A DNA stretch of 64,000 bases from Antedon mediterranea (Eukaryota; Animalia; Echinodermata). Each line of letters opens with the position of its first letter. The first letter of the stretch is position 1. This document shows, piece by piece, positions 48,101 to 60,996 of the stretch. The stretch covers positions 698,422-762,421 of the forward strand of contig NC_092678.1 in NCBI RefSeq assembly GCF_964355755.1. Reading direction: 5' to 3'. The notes beneath the pieces are model-generated. The model saw nothing but the letters and a program-made list of their open reading frames with translations. It was not told the DNA's origin and made no database searches. Both the position numbers and the translations under genes were made by a program.

Positions 48101-50131
48101 ACATGGAGTGTTTGATGAAATTAGCGACCGATCTCAGTCTTGTGATAAATATTGTGAAATTATATATATATATAGCAACAGCTGGCTTGCTAAATTAGGC
48201 AACACGCCGTGAACGCATACTTAAGTTGAAGAACAGAGAGCTAAAATAAATTATTTATAGCTCTATGGTTAAAGATGTATTGTCCCCCAAAAACATGAAA
48301 AATGAAGATTAATTAAATCCGACTTTGAATAGTTATTTTGTAGTTTTAATAAAGTTAATCACTTCCATAGAAAAAGAAACTTATAAAATGACAAAATAAA
48401 TGGTTAAATTCAACCAAAATTCATTGGCTAGCAGCCAATTTGACCATTTTTTGCTTTAAATTACACTTTTTTTATCATCCAATTTTGGTCATAATAGATA
48501 ACTATTATGTTACATTAAAATGGAATATTCAACAAAAACATTTAAAAAAATAATTTTTTCAGGGGGACAATACATCTTTAAAGGATGGAAGATGATATTG
48601 ACTAGGCCTATAGGCCTATACCCCTTTCACACCAAAACTCCGGAGTGATCATCTCCGGACGGAGACACCCCAGGGTTTATGACCATTCAAAACGTCGAGA
48701 AACTCCGGAGGGTTTATAAAATAAAAAATTTAATAATTACTTTTAAAGTCTCAGAAGTAATATAATGTTTTATTGATACTACTTATTATTTTTTAAACCC
48801 GCTATATATTTTGTACATTGCATATTTTAAGTATTTTGCAAAAACTAAAGCAATGAGTGATCGTGCGACGATAACCTTTTTTTGACCCGAAACACTCCGG
48901 AGTTTGATGTTGGTACCTTTCACCAAAATATATCACAAGAATATGAGTATTCCGCGATTTTTGCATGAGAAATTTGTAACAGAGAGCTCCAGAGAGTGAT
49001 GCCCGCCCTCATAAGGGCGGATGTATACATACTAAATAAGACTTGATTTAATAGATATTATACATGTCACATTAAATAGAATTATGATAATATATTTTGC
49101 AATTGTAAACCATTTTATAATACATATTTAATAACAAACTAGTGTACATTCACTTTTACTTTTTACAATTATTTACTAACATGCTAAATTAGTTCACAAA
49201 AAATGCCTAACACAGCAACACCAAAAATCAACGAAGCGTTATTCAGCACAGCCTATTCTTTACCATTGCGGCCTCGTACTAATCTACGTCCGGTAAATTA
49301 AGTATTGTTTTTATGATATAAATTAGTATAAAATACATGTTATTAATAGGATACAATGTTAAATTTCATTAACATTTATTTGTTTTACCAGAAACAAGTT
49401 AAATATAGGAATATTAATAAACTATCCTTCGTGAAAACGAGTAAACACCAACACGCCCGGTCACATTAAATATCCAAACAGCATTTAACATGATGTTGGC
49501 ATGTAGTTGATAACATTTTTTATCATGAAAATACTACCGGTGGTCCAGCCTTTGATTAGTGTAACCGTCACAAAAAGTTGTAGGCCTATACATCCCAGAT
49601 ACATCCTCACTTATAACGGTGCCCTACCACATGGACAATATTACTGTTAAAGGGAAAATCGCGGATTACTCATTCTTGTGATATATATTCTTTGCTTTCA
49701 CACCAAAACACCGGGGGGTGTCTCCGCCGTTCGCTCTCCGGAGAATGTTCAGCTGTTCAACTCCGCAGTTTTAAACTCCGGAGTTGAGCTTGATTTTACC
49801 TTTTACACCAAACAGCGGGGCGTCAACTCTGGAGTGTCTCCGGAGTTTTGCTTTTGGTGTGAAAGGGGTATTACATAAGCAATAAAATTATATAGGCCTA
49901 CTTACTAAAAGTATGAAGCGCCGAAGTAAGTAAACTCGAAGCTGCTCCTATAACCCCAAATCCAGTGTTTAACTCATCTACAAAATCTGTCAAGAAAATA
50001 CCGAAAGATATTGTCGTTCCATCCGTAAGAACAAAAATAGAGTGCGTACCAACAACCAATAAGACTGTTCTTATCAGTGACGTCGATCTTGCCATCGTTG
50101 TCTCATCATCCTTCGATTCTTTTAACGCCAT
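45141..50131 (-). CDS. SLC16/MCT-like MFS transporter, paralog B (467 aa)
   Basis: Exons 50131-49906, 47379-47236, 46764-45934 and 45343-45141 (1404 nt, in frame). Intron positions and motifs match paralog A. The protein ends ...SAITGTVL. Confidence 0.92.
45410..45906. mobile_element. Cluster of GCTTGGTTCCCACTAG-family MITE copies and fragments in intron 3 of paralog B
   Basis: Repeated TTGACCAAT(C/T)ACAAGCGA / TTGTGATTGGTCAA and ACGCAACGCAA motifs in inverted arrangements. Confidence 0.7.
48273..48577. mobile_element. Kolobok-like non-autonomous DNA transposon
   Basis: TIRs AGATGTATTGTCCCCC / GGGGGACAATACATCT flanked by TTAA on both sides. An AG terminus with a TTAA target is characteristic of Kolobok. 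Confidence 0.85.
48619..49870. mobile_element. 1.25-kb non-autonomous TIR element (Harbinger-like) just inside intron 1 of paralog B
   Basis: TACCCCTTTCACACCAAAA / TTTTGGTGTGAAAGGGGTA termini with repeated subterminal CTCCGGAG motifs. Confidence 0.85.
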
Positions 50132-50587
50132 TAACAATACACTGATTAAATATGAATTGTCGAATATGAGTAGGAAAATGGTTTCTGCGATAGTCGTCGA
50201 CTATGTAGCAGTAGAGTTAAACATTGATCGCATCGATACCAGTAGTATAGTATTGCTGTAGGTCGCACGATATGATCACAGCTATTCAATCAACCGTAAA
50301 TATTTCCGTTCAGGTATGGAGTGCAAATACTGCAAAATGAAATATTTTAATATTAAAATACACGAGTTGCCTATATTATGCAAAACTAATATTATTAAGA
50401 GCCGCTATAATCGATCGGATTTTTCTACCACTGCGACAATAGGGCCAGCAGCACCAACTTGCAAGCACCACAGTTTACGGGTCTTTCATACTGTACCCAT
50501 GGCTGCAGTTCAGGTTCGCGCGTCGTATCGCGCGTTCAGCAGACGCGATTTTATTTTTCGCGCAGGAGCAGGTATGAGGGTCTTTCA

Positions 50588-51283
50588 AACCGGTTTTCCA
50601 CTAGGCGAATTTGTTCGCGCGAATCGAAAGCGTCATGCTATGCGCATGCGAGTTTCTGTCTGTCATACTGCCTTCTTCGACGAATTCTAGTTTTCTTTGA
50701 TTTTTCGCTTCAGCGAAATTTACTAGTTCGAATTGTTTCTACTTTTTGCGAAGCGAAATATTGCGCACCCAATCGGAGGTCAGGAAATGAACTATGACGC
50801 TTTCATGAGCACTCATGCGAATCGAAATGCTCAGCAACCACGCGAGGAACATGAACGTCGCAGCTATTCGCTCATGTAGTGGAAAAAGAGTAGGCGATTT
50901 TTTTTATCTTCGAAACGTTGGAAAATCGGCTTCACACCTGTTCCGGCACGGTTCCGGTCTGGCGCCGGAAAATTAAATCGAACGTCAATGTTTCGTTTTC
51001 TCGCGGCTACGTACGCGCATATCGATTGGCGCATAGCCGCGTGAAAACGAAACATTGATGTTCGATTCACCGGACCAGAACTAACTGTGCCGGAACAGAG
51101 GCGTGAAGGGCCTTTCACACCTGTTACGGTCCGGCGAATCGAGTGCCAATGTTTGTTTTCACGACGCTCCACGCGGCGGCTATGAGCCAATCGATATGTG
51201 CGTAGCCGCGTCGTAAAAACGAAACATTTACAATCGATTGGACTTGCCGGCGCCGGACCCGTGCCGGAATACGTGTGAAAGCA
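50588..51283. mobile_element. Stack of GC-rich palindromic MITEs upstream of paralog B
   Basis: Inverted pairs TTTTCCACTAGGCGAA/TTCGCTCATGTAGTGGAAAA, CTTCACACCTGTTCCGGCAC/GTGCCGGAACAGAGGCGTGAAG and CTTTCACACCTG/CGTGTGAAAG. Confidence 0.65.
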
Positions 51284-51321
51284 AATATTGCGGCGCAAGA
51301 TAGGTAACTTGGTGAGACGTT

Positions 51322-52274
51322 TGTAATCCATGGACGCCATTCCGGCGGACAAATTTGAACCGGAATAAAGTCGTTGTCAAGGCAATATCGGTTTCGGTCA
51401 AAGAACGAAGTTATCTAACCAAGCATTTCAATGTAAACACACAGAATTATCAGCGTGCAGCCCTGTGGTACTTCGCAGTAATAAGTAGTTCTTATTTATG
51501 TATTATCAATTCTATTATGAAATCTATGTTTACTTCATTGATGATAGAGTTTTATGTTTACATGATGACTAATGTATTTGTACAGTAGTTATTATCTAAG
51601 TTATGACGATATGATAGAACAAGGTATAATATGGTGCGGATGATTACACCGCAGGTAATTTGTAGGACTAGCGCATTACTACTGAGCGTACAGTCAGAAG
51701 AACGAATCAAAAAGCCAAAAGGTCAAACACCTCGTGTTTCTCCATGTTAAAGTTTTACCTGTATTGCCTATAAAATAAGAGGCAAGGCCAACGGTCACGC
51801 TAGTTACAGTATTGTGTGTTAAAGGATACCGTGTTGTGTTTGCAATAGGCAGAATAAAGGAACGTGTGAAGAAGGCTTATGTTACGCCATATTACAAAGT
51901 GTATTCAAGCTTGGCATACCGGCATTTCTCGTCTTGTCAAGTTGAGGGTGTTTTGTTTTTTATAAGTTTTGTGGTTTTATTGCGATACTAGTTCCTATTC
52001 GATCTGAATAAATTTGTCATTGAAGATTACATCGTCTCTTTGGCTATTATTCTTCCTGTACTTTACACAATCTTTGGTGAAAGACCCTTGAAAGACCATG
52101 GAGTAACTCCATGGAAAGACCCTTCATAAAGAAGACCCTCTCAGCAAAGAGTGTATAGCGCCGCTAAGATAAATAACTTTGACGCCATTCGGCGGGCGAA
52201 CAATATAGCCGCCGAATGATTGGGGGGTAAACGGTGGCTAATGTCCGCTCGACGAATGGCGTCCATGTGATTAC
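51322..52274. mobile_element. TIR element, possibly containing a solo-LTR-like insert (~51600-52070)
   Basis: GTAATCCATGGACGCCATTCCGGCGGACA is the inverse of TGTCCGCTCGACGAATGGCGTCCATGTGATTAC. The inner segment has TATAAAA (~51769), AATAAA (~52007) and ends ...TTTACACA. Confidence 0.5.
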
Positions 52275-52615
52275 AGGGAGCGTAACGTTGTAGAATGGGA
52301 ACGTGGCAACAGTTATCTATCTATCTTGCATAGCTGAGCTATATAATACAGGTATTTGCTTTCAGTTGGTTATCTAGCCAACAACAGAGTTGCTTGGTAT
52401 CAAAATAAATCAAAGTTCAATCAATTTATCTTTAATTTTAACTTTATTTATCCACACATAAACACAAGTTTGTTTTCCCTGAGGCCGCGCGCACACACAA
52501 TACATTTATAAAATACAATGAATAATATATACTAACAAATTATAATCGGAAAAATGTACAGCAAATGAAATAATTGATCTACAGGAGGCGGGACTACATA
52601 GTAAACGCCGACCAT

Positions 52616-55600
52616 TCATATTGCAGATTCAATCGCAGACTTAGCAGCACCGGTGCCCGTGTATATATCTCTTATCTTATATTTTAAGTAAATTCTTGGC
52701 AGCACTTGAAACAAAAAGGCAACAAAGAACAGTGATCCCATAGCGAAGAAGGCGGTGTTGTACGAACCAGACACGTCATAGATCCACCCTGTAAACAACA
52801 AACATTTATTTGAGGTTTACTTATCGTTTCAAATTAATAAATTAAATTTCAGTATATCATCGGGCGGTTTAGAATTAATGCCTAATGTGTTTATATAATG
52901 GTACGGTATATACTAACAACTTGCCTGTAAAAAAACCGCCAACCACACCAGAGGGCGCAGTACTAAACAGTAACACACCCATCGCTTTGGAAAAGTTCCG
53001 AACTCCAACGATTTCTCTGGATGTAAGGTAAATAAGCGGAACGGAACCAATAGACCATCCAAAAAGCAAAACAATTGCAGCTAAATACACGTAACGTGTG
53101 CAAAACGGTATCAAGAACGTACATACACTCGCCGTTAACAACATTAAAGCGAACAGTTTGGATGACGTAATCCAGTTGAAATTAATCGGAACTCCGTTAA
53201 ACAGCCGACTTACGAGGTTACCAATACCGAAAATTGTCATTAAAAGTGCCGCGTTATGCTCAGATATACCGATGTCTACGGCATGCGATACAAGATGGTA
53301 GGTAGCACCCGCAAATGATATAAAAAGTACATTCGACACAATCAACATAAATCCAAAGAGAGGATAAGTTAGCGGTAACTTTAAAAACTCTTTCAGTAAT
53401 TCTTTTGTTCCTTTTTTCTCCTCAATTATCTCCTTCTTTTCGTCATCATCAGCGCGTACTTCTATAAACTTCTGATCTTCTAAATAAACAGTCTTTTTTT
53501 TCGTGGTTTTGAGTGTTTTTAGATCTTTGAAAATAACTAGACTAATCACAGTCGCATGGAGTACACAGGCCCCTAGGAGTAATAGAGATCCTCTCCAGCC
53601 ATACATTGATCTTAGTACGTTTATTAAGAAAGGGGTGACGATCAAGCCAGCAGCCGTTCCTGCCGTAACAACGCAATTAGCAATTGAGATATTGTCACTG
53701 CAGGATATTCCTATATACGAAACTGTGTTCGCATATACCATTGATACACCAAAACCTGAAAATTTAAAAATCAAATCATTTTAAATATTTTGATTTTAAA
53801 TGTTTTAAAAGTCCAGGGTTAAATCTGCTGACGAATAGTAAGAGTTTAAGCTCAGTTCACACTGGGATCGAACGCGTAGTCGTGTGAAAACGAAATATTT
53901 TGACGTTTGATTATTTTTATTTGCCGGTGTGAACGCCCCTTAGAGGTGTGCGTGAACGTAGACCTAATCACTGTAGAATTTGTTTACAATTTTTAGCAAT
54001 ATTTTATGCTACTTATCTTTATAAAACATTATACACAATTACAGTATAACAGCGCGAGAAGAATCACAGGGAAATAATAGAGAAAAAGGTCATAGGTCAA
54101 TACACATTTTCACAGGCAACATTAGTTAGTTGAAAATTGGTTTTCCGTTTTTTGATTTGTTTTTTAAAAGCTAAATTTCAGAGAATTGACTTTATAAAGA
54201 ACCCATGCAGCATATCACAAGCATTGTAAAGGAATGCGATAAATATTCTACAATAAGCCGTATAATTTAATAATAATAATAATAATAATAATAATTACAC
54301 TTTTTTTAAATAATTACCTGTAACAAACGAATGACTGATAAATAGTTGCCAGACAGACTGAACTCGAGATGACAAGATAAGACCACCTGATGTTAGTAAT
54401 GTACCCAACATTATAGTTCGTCTATATCCAATTTTGAGGACGATTAACGTACAAATCGGACCTATAGAAAAACAGAAAGTCACTCTTTTTAAAACATTTT
54501 GACATAAAAATGCACTGCAGCTGTAACAACCCCTTTCCGGGGACACTATCCAAAATAAGAATTTTTAGGGTGCTATCGGACATAGAAAATAATATATTAT
54601 ACATAATATATTAAATATAATGAATAAAAGTGGGCTAAACCCACGAAAGAGAAAAAAACCAATATACCAAATCAAACTCTACTTCCCAACAACATTTGCC
54701 GATGAGAATCGGAAACGGTTAAAACAGACGAGTTAAAATATAGCCTTTATCTGCTTGTTGATCAAGATCGACCTATTAGTATTATATAACAAACAAATAT
54801 TACGTAAATTATGGTTTGGAGTGGAATTAAAGCCTGCTGTCTAACTGTAATGTCAATAAATGCGAGAAGTTTTTACAACAAAAAGTCTACATTTGTAATC
54901 AATACTACTGTAGGCCTAACATATTGTGTTTCACCATGCTTTCTACGACCCAATCAATATCAACCAATGGCACTCCTCACACCGTAATATGATACGCTAA
55001 ATTATTCATTACAACAAGGTCAGCACACCAACGAATTTATTTTACAAGGACAATTACAAATCAAACAATATACCGTGGTTATTTATAGCCATAGGCCTAC
55101 AGTACATACGTCACGTCGGACCATAGAAATGTATACCAAGTTAAATAGTACACATTGATGAAATGGTAAAGGTATAATCTTGAGTAAGCAATACAAACTT
55201 AATGTTTGCAAAACGTCGTATAAGTCTTACGTTAAGTATAAGTCTTACGTCGTATAAGTCTTACGTCGTATAGGCCTAAGTCTTACGTCGTATAAGTCTT
55301 ACGTTAAGTATAAGTCTTACGTTAAGTATAAGTCTTACGTTAAGTACCATATTTCGTACTTTTGATTGAAGAAACATTCACTTCTGTAAAATTACAGATT
55401 GGTTTAGTAGATGTTAGTGATTCGTACTGTATAACTTACTGAACAAATGTAATACGGTTGTAAGTAGACTGGATGCTGCTCCCAACACTCCTAACCCTGC
55501 ATTTAATTCATCTGCTAAGTCATTGAGATAAACACCAAAACATAAAGTAAGTCCATCAGTTAAAATCAAAACAATATGCGCACCGATAACTAATACAACG

Positions 55601-55644
55601 GTTCTCAACAAAGATGCTTTTCCTTCTTCTGGTGTGTCCATCAT
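52616..55644 (-). CDS. SLC16/MCT-like MFS transporter, paralog C (450 aa); intron 3 is GC-AG
   Basis: Exons 55644-55440, 54461-54318, 53755-52925 and 52788-52616 (1353 nt, in frame). The donor at the homologous exon-3 end reads ACAG|GCAAGT. The protein ends ...SAIESAI. Confidence 0.9.
55214..55347. repeat. 17-19-bp minisatellite
   Basis: GTATAAGTCTTACGT(C/TAA) repeated about 7 times. Confidence 0.85.
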
Positions 55645-56500
55645 GTTGGCACCGTTGACTTGACCTCTGTCTCAAAGGTCACTACACAGTACAGATACAG
55701 TTATGGGAGGCTAAAAATAGCACGAAATGTGAAATGTATGCTACACTCTGAGTATCATGCTGGATGTAGAGGGCGATATAGGAAAATGAATTTATTATCA
55801 AAAAGTTAGATTAGGCCATAAGTTGAATAATAAGATGTGTATGCTAGATTTTATCCTAGACTTTGCGAAATTATTATCATTAATTCTACGTGGTGTCGTC
55901 GAACAAGCTGCAATGTCCCCTACAATTCGATTTCTACCCAATTATTTTTGAGGAAAAAACAAAGATTGGTCTTAATTCATAACACCATTTTTACATAATT
56001 ACTTCAACAAGTAATTTAATCAATTCAACTCCAATTAAGCATTGCATTGCCATAGCAACTATGGTTGCCATATTGTAACATTTAAAAAATAATTACAAAA
56101 ATATTAAGATATATTTTATTTATATTGTGAATCATTTACCGTCAGTCCCAGTAGCCTACATCACAATATTTATTATATATCATTTCTACAAATTATTTCA
56201 ATAAAAATGTCTCTTTTTAAAACTTTTTAAAAAATATTAAATCAAGTTTTCCTATATAGATATTATTATTTTGTCGTGTAGCAAAGGTACTTTGACGAAA
56301 TGTGTGAAAATGTTGACTTAACTCATTCATATTGCAAGGGGATACTGAACTACACACGTATCATTAAGTGTGATCCTTTGTTAATTAGCACAACTTTTTG
56401 TTTTGGCGCACCACGCGACTAAGCGGTGATTGAGATTTGCACGTAATCATTTGATTCTGAGCGTACGTATAGAATGACTTTACACTTGAATCGTGTATGC

Positions 56501-57775
56501 CTATATTACAGATTCAGTTACGGATTTAGGACCACCGGCGGCCGTGTGAATATCTCTGTCGATCTTATATTTTAAATAGGAAAATCTTGGCAGCACTTGG
56601 AACAAAAAGGCAACGAAGAATAGTGATCCCATAGCGAAGAAGGCGGTGTTGTACGAACCAGACACGTCATAGATCCACCCTGAAACAATAAACATAATAA
56701 AACAAAACTGTTAGGTCTAGTTAGCGAATGATTGCAAACGGTATACTTTTTTAAAGGGTCTTTCTCACTTGTTGCGGCGAAAAGAAACATCGACGTTCGA
56801 TTTACCGGACAGGAACTGGTGTAAAACACCCTTAAAGCTTGGTTCCCACTAGAACGTAACGCAAGGACTTAAACGCAACGCAAGCGTTTTAACCAATGAC
56901 AAGCGAAGTTAAGCTTGGTTCCCACTAGAACGTAACGCAAGGACGTAAACGCAACGCAAGCGTTTTAACCAATGACAAGCGAAGTTATAGACAGTTAGCA
57001 ATCACAAGCGAATAAGCCATCGCTTGTGATTGGTCAATTCATTTGCGTTGCGTTACGTCCTTGCGTTGCGTCGCTAGTGGGAACCACGCTTAAGTCAGTT
57101 TATGGTATATTATGAGGTAAAACTTTCCATTGCTCACCTGTAAAGAACCCGCCAACCACACCCGCGGGTGCAGTGGTAAAAAGCAGCACACCCATCGATT
57201 TAGGAAAGTTTCGAACTCCAACAATTTCTCTCGAAATAAGGTAAATAAGCGGAACGGAACCAATAGACCATCCAAAAAGCAAAACAATTGCAGCTAAATA
57301 CACGTAACGTGTGCAAAATGGTATCAAGAACGTACATACACTCGCCGTTAACAACATTAAAGAGAACAGTTTGTTTGATGTGATTAAGTTTAGTTTAATC
57401 GGAACTCCGTTAAACAGCCGACTTACGATGTTACCAATACCGAAAATTGTCATTAAAAGTGCCGCGTTATGCTCAGATATACCGATGTCTACGGCATGGG
57501 ATACAAGATGGTATATAGCACCCGCAAACGATATAAAAAGTACATTCGACACAATCAACAGAAATCCAAAGAGAGGATACGTTAGCGGTAACTTTAAATA
57601 CTCTTTCAGTAATTCTTTTGTTCCTTTTTTCTCCTCAATTATCTCATTTTCGTCATCATCATCAGTGCGTACTTCTATAAACGTCTGTTCTTCTAAATAA
57701 ATAGTCTTTTTTTTTCGTGGTTTTGATTGTTTTCGGATCTTTGAAAATAACTACACTAATGACAGTTGCATGCAA
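56501..57775 (-). pseudogene. SLC16 paralog D: recent partial duplicate of paralog C, 5'-truncated and frameshifted
   Basis: The last exon (56679-56501) and exon 3 (57138 to ~57775) closely match paralog C at the DNA level. The A-run at ~57707-57715 has 9 A versus 8 in paralog C, shifting the frame. Homology stops upstream of LHATVIS, and no exon 1 or 2 is visible in the window. Confidence 0.8.
56835..57090. mobile_element. GCTTGGTTCCCACTAG-family MITE with its left 76 bp tandemly duplicated
   Basis: AAGCTTGGTTCCCACTAGAACG starts at 56835 and 56911. The right TIR CTAGTGGGAACCACGCT ends at ~57090. Confidence 0.85.
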
Positions 57776-57788
57776 TTTATTACCATTA

Positions 57789-58227
57789 GGCCAAATAAAA
57801 AAACATACTTGTTAAGCGTGAGACCAAATCATGCTTCTCGCGATAGGGAATTTCCTGGATAGATGAGTCGAGCGAGAGACGGCGGATGGCCGATGAGTGA
57901 GGTTGGGGTAGCACCTTGGACGGATTAGTTAGCCTAAGGCCTACAATTTCGCTTGGTGGCAATTAAATTTAATGTTTTAATTACGTCTGGATATAAACAA
58001 TACAAAACTCAATTTTGTCATAAGCAATAATATTTCATACATAGTCAATTTTGTTCTGTTTCGCATTTTAAAAGTTTGACGTTTCGTCCTAAAAAAGTGG
58101 GGCAAAACGTCCACCGCGCAAAAATATACCTCTATAAAAAGTAAAAAAACAAACAAAAAAACCGTCCCCCCGCCCCTGAAAATTTATGAGGGTGTGACGC
58201 TTAACAAGTATATTTTTTTATTTGGCC
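57789..58227. mobile_element. PIF/Harbinger (Tourist-like) MITE
   Basis: TIRs GGCCAAATAAAAAAA(C/T)ATACTTGTTAAGCGT on both ends, with a TTA duplication at 57786-57788 and 58228-58230. Confidence 0.88.
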
Positions 58228-59716
58228 TTATGTTATAGGCGTCACTTTACTGATATCGTTTTTCTCTTTAAGATTTTCAATTCTAATATTTTTAGGCCAA
58301 ATCATAATTGTGCGTATAGTTTTGTATTTCCGATGGGTGTAGTAGGCCTACTATATTTATCTTCATTTCCGTACGTCCGTAAATTAGGCCGAATTTCCGT
58401 AGTATTATGGACGTTCCGGAATTTGAACCGTGTTATACCGGTAGCAGAGCAATGTTTGCTTCTTTCAGCAAATGTCCTATCATTATTTTCTTTGTTTTAT
58501 TTTGGAGTGTAGTTTAAAACAACACTTTTGTAAAGTATATAGTGGATAAATAAAAATGAATTTTTGGAAATTGTGGTTTTTAACATCTGACTTTATTTAG
58601 CATTTAGGCCTAATTCAAAATAATACATAATACGTTTTGCTAAATATATTTATAGCATATTTTTGGTATAACTTTTTAAAATTATTAATTGATAATTAAT
58701 TTACATTAATTGAGTACAGTTATTAGAATGTATTACCGTACCAAAAGTACCTTCATCGGGGACTTCCCCGTGATATTCTCATTGAACGAAAAAAAAAAAT
58801 GTTATCTTATATTGTTAGTCGCGTATGTTTTATTAACGGCGGAATAATAGGCTACAATCCTTTGCTTTGCTTTGTTTGCCCGAACCATAAAACCCTGGCC
58901 TGATTTATATCTACTCGCAATGCACATAGGTGGTCTAAAGCCAACCGTTAAGGGGATACAGGGTTTTAAAATGGTATAGTAAATAGCGGCCATTTTGAAT
59001 TTATGCTAATTAACTCACTTCCTGGCGTTCAATTTTGGTAAACGTTGGAAATGATGTTCATTTCAACAATGAGAATGTTAAGAAACTTGTTTTCCTGCAG
59101 TTTGTAAATTGTTCGCATATATAATGTCATTTAAGCAGTTATAACACAATATATGACGTCACAACTACCATATTACGTCATAGGTAAGTCATATGGGAAT
59201 TTAAATATGCTAATTAGAATGTTTAATATCACATTTATATCTACTCGTAATGCACTTAGGTGGTCTAAATCCAATCCAAAAAATAAATAAAAACCAACTT
59301 CCCGATGTCCGATTTTGGTAAACTTTGGATATGATATTTAATAAATAAATGTTGACTTTTTGGTTAAACCAGTTGACAAGTACGTTTCAGCTACTTTCAG
59401 AGTAGCCTTGGGCACGCAAATAACGTTGACATGATGTTCTGTCATTCGTCATAGTTCGGTGAATGACGCCATCTCTCGTCTGATGTTCAACTTTCTGCTG
59501 GTGTATATTCGTTCGTTCGTTCGTTCGTTTTTATTTCACAATGCATCAAACTTAATATTTTTACATAATAAGTATTAAATAAAAAAATGCAAAGCCTGGA
59601 AAAGACCAAATAAGCTCAATATAGAGCTTTAAGCCTGGTTTCACCAGTACAAAATACACTAATAATTGTATCAATTACAATAGACAATAATTAAATATTA
59701 ATTAAAGTAGTAGAAA

Positions 59717-59723
<7 letters not shown>

Positions 59724-59763
<40 letters not shown>
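59724..59763. repeat. (TA)n microsatellite
   Basis: About 20 TA units. Confidence 0.95.
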
Positions 59764-59771
<8 letters not shown>

Positions 59772-59937
59772 TATATTTTTTTTATACACAATTACGCTAC
59801 AGGACAATACAAACACAACAAGAGGACAAACGTAAAGGGTATAGTATATGTACTATCATATATACTTGCAGGAGGTGAGACAAAAAAAAAGTTTGATGAA
59901 AAAGTTTTATTAATACGATCTGTATATAGATATTGTA

Positions 59938-60315
59938 CGAGGTAAGGTTGCTAGTATTTTAAAAACCACCACAAACAAATATCACAAAAGAACAACATTC
60001 AGCCATACATAGCCTAAAAAAAGACAAAAACTACAGATAAAGGCAGAGCTACGGTGATCATGAACACCCCTGATTACAAACGTAAGGTAAACACTATGAT
60101 GAAAGATGGGGATGTTTACGAAAAACTTAAAAAGGACCCTACAAAGAAATACAAGAGAAACCTTGTGGAAATCCTAAACAGATTACTAGAAGAAAAGAAA
60201 ATAACATATCAATGGAAAACCAAACTCTTCCCCACTGCAGAAATCATCCCACGATTATACTGCACACCTAAAATCCACAAACAGAACAATCCATTACGCC
60301 CAATCGTAGACAATA
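59938..60315 (+). mobile_element. Penelope-like retroelement RT N-terminal fragment
   Basis: KPPQTNITKE..., DKG..TVIMN..DY, YEKLKKDPT and PRLYCTPKIHKQNNPLRPIV match the conserved DKG / DPT / PKIHK..PLRPIV motifs of Penelope-like RTs. The fragment is truncated and frameshifted. Confidence 0.85.
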
Positions 60316-60996
60316 TTAACAAAATACATTTATTTTAAAACAGCACGCATAGGGACATTTAAATCGCTTCCTATATGCAATGTCGCAAATTGTCGCAGCC
60401 AAATTTGGTATTAACGTAAAGCTCAAGCATCGCTCGAAATACTAATGTCAAAATTAGCGCGCGAATCAACGCGAATTCAAACTATTTTAGTGGTTTTACT
60501 TTAAAAATACGATTTTTTGGCTATATTTAGTGACTTTTAACCCAAAAATAAAGCAATAATAGAAATTTTATTTTTACTTCCTAATATGATTAATAACAGA
60601 CAACAATTCCATGCAGTATCAAATCCATTGCTTTTTTCTAGAAAAAATAACAGCGAATTTATCAAAACTGTTCTTTTTGCTAATTTTAAGTGAAATGTCA
60701 TGGTTTCTTCCAGTTTCCATAGTTACAAGACACTATTAAAATTTACAAAATATAAAATTATTACCGGTAGTGGATTTATAAAATTTAAGATGTCTTCTTC
60801 CTAATTCAACATTTACCAATTTGGACTTTTGGCACACTTTGAATTAATTCTGGCTCGCTGTGCATCGGTGCTAAATTTGGTCCACTGGAGCAGATACCGC
60901 TAGTACTATTTCTATTTCGGAAGTAAATAAGGGCATAAATGGCGCTCCGTAGAAGTAGAGAATGCTCGATCGTCGAAATGACGCTCTGAATATACG

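Noticed and set aside
50316-51352. ORFs of 112-162 aa
   Set aside because: They lie across stacked GC-rich palindromic MITEs and show no recognisable protein motif.
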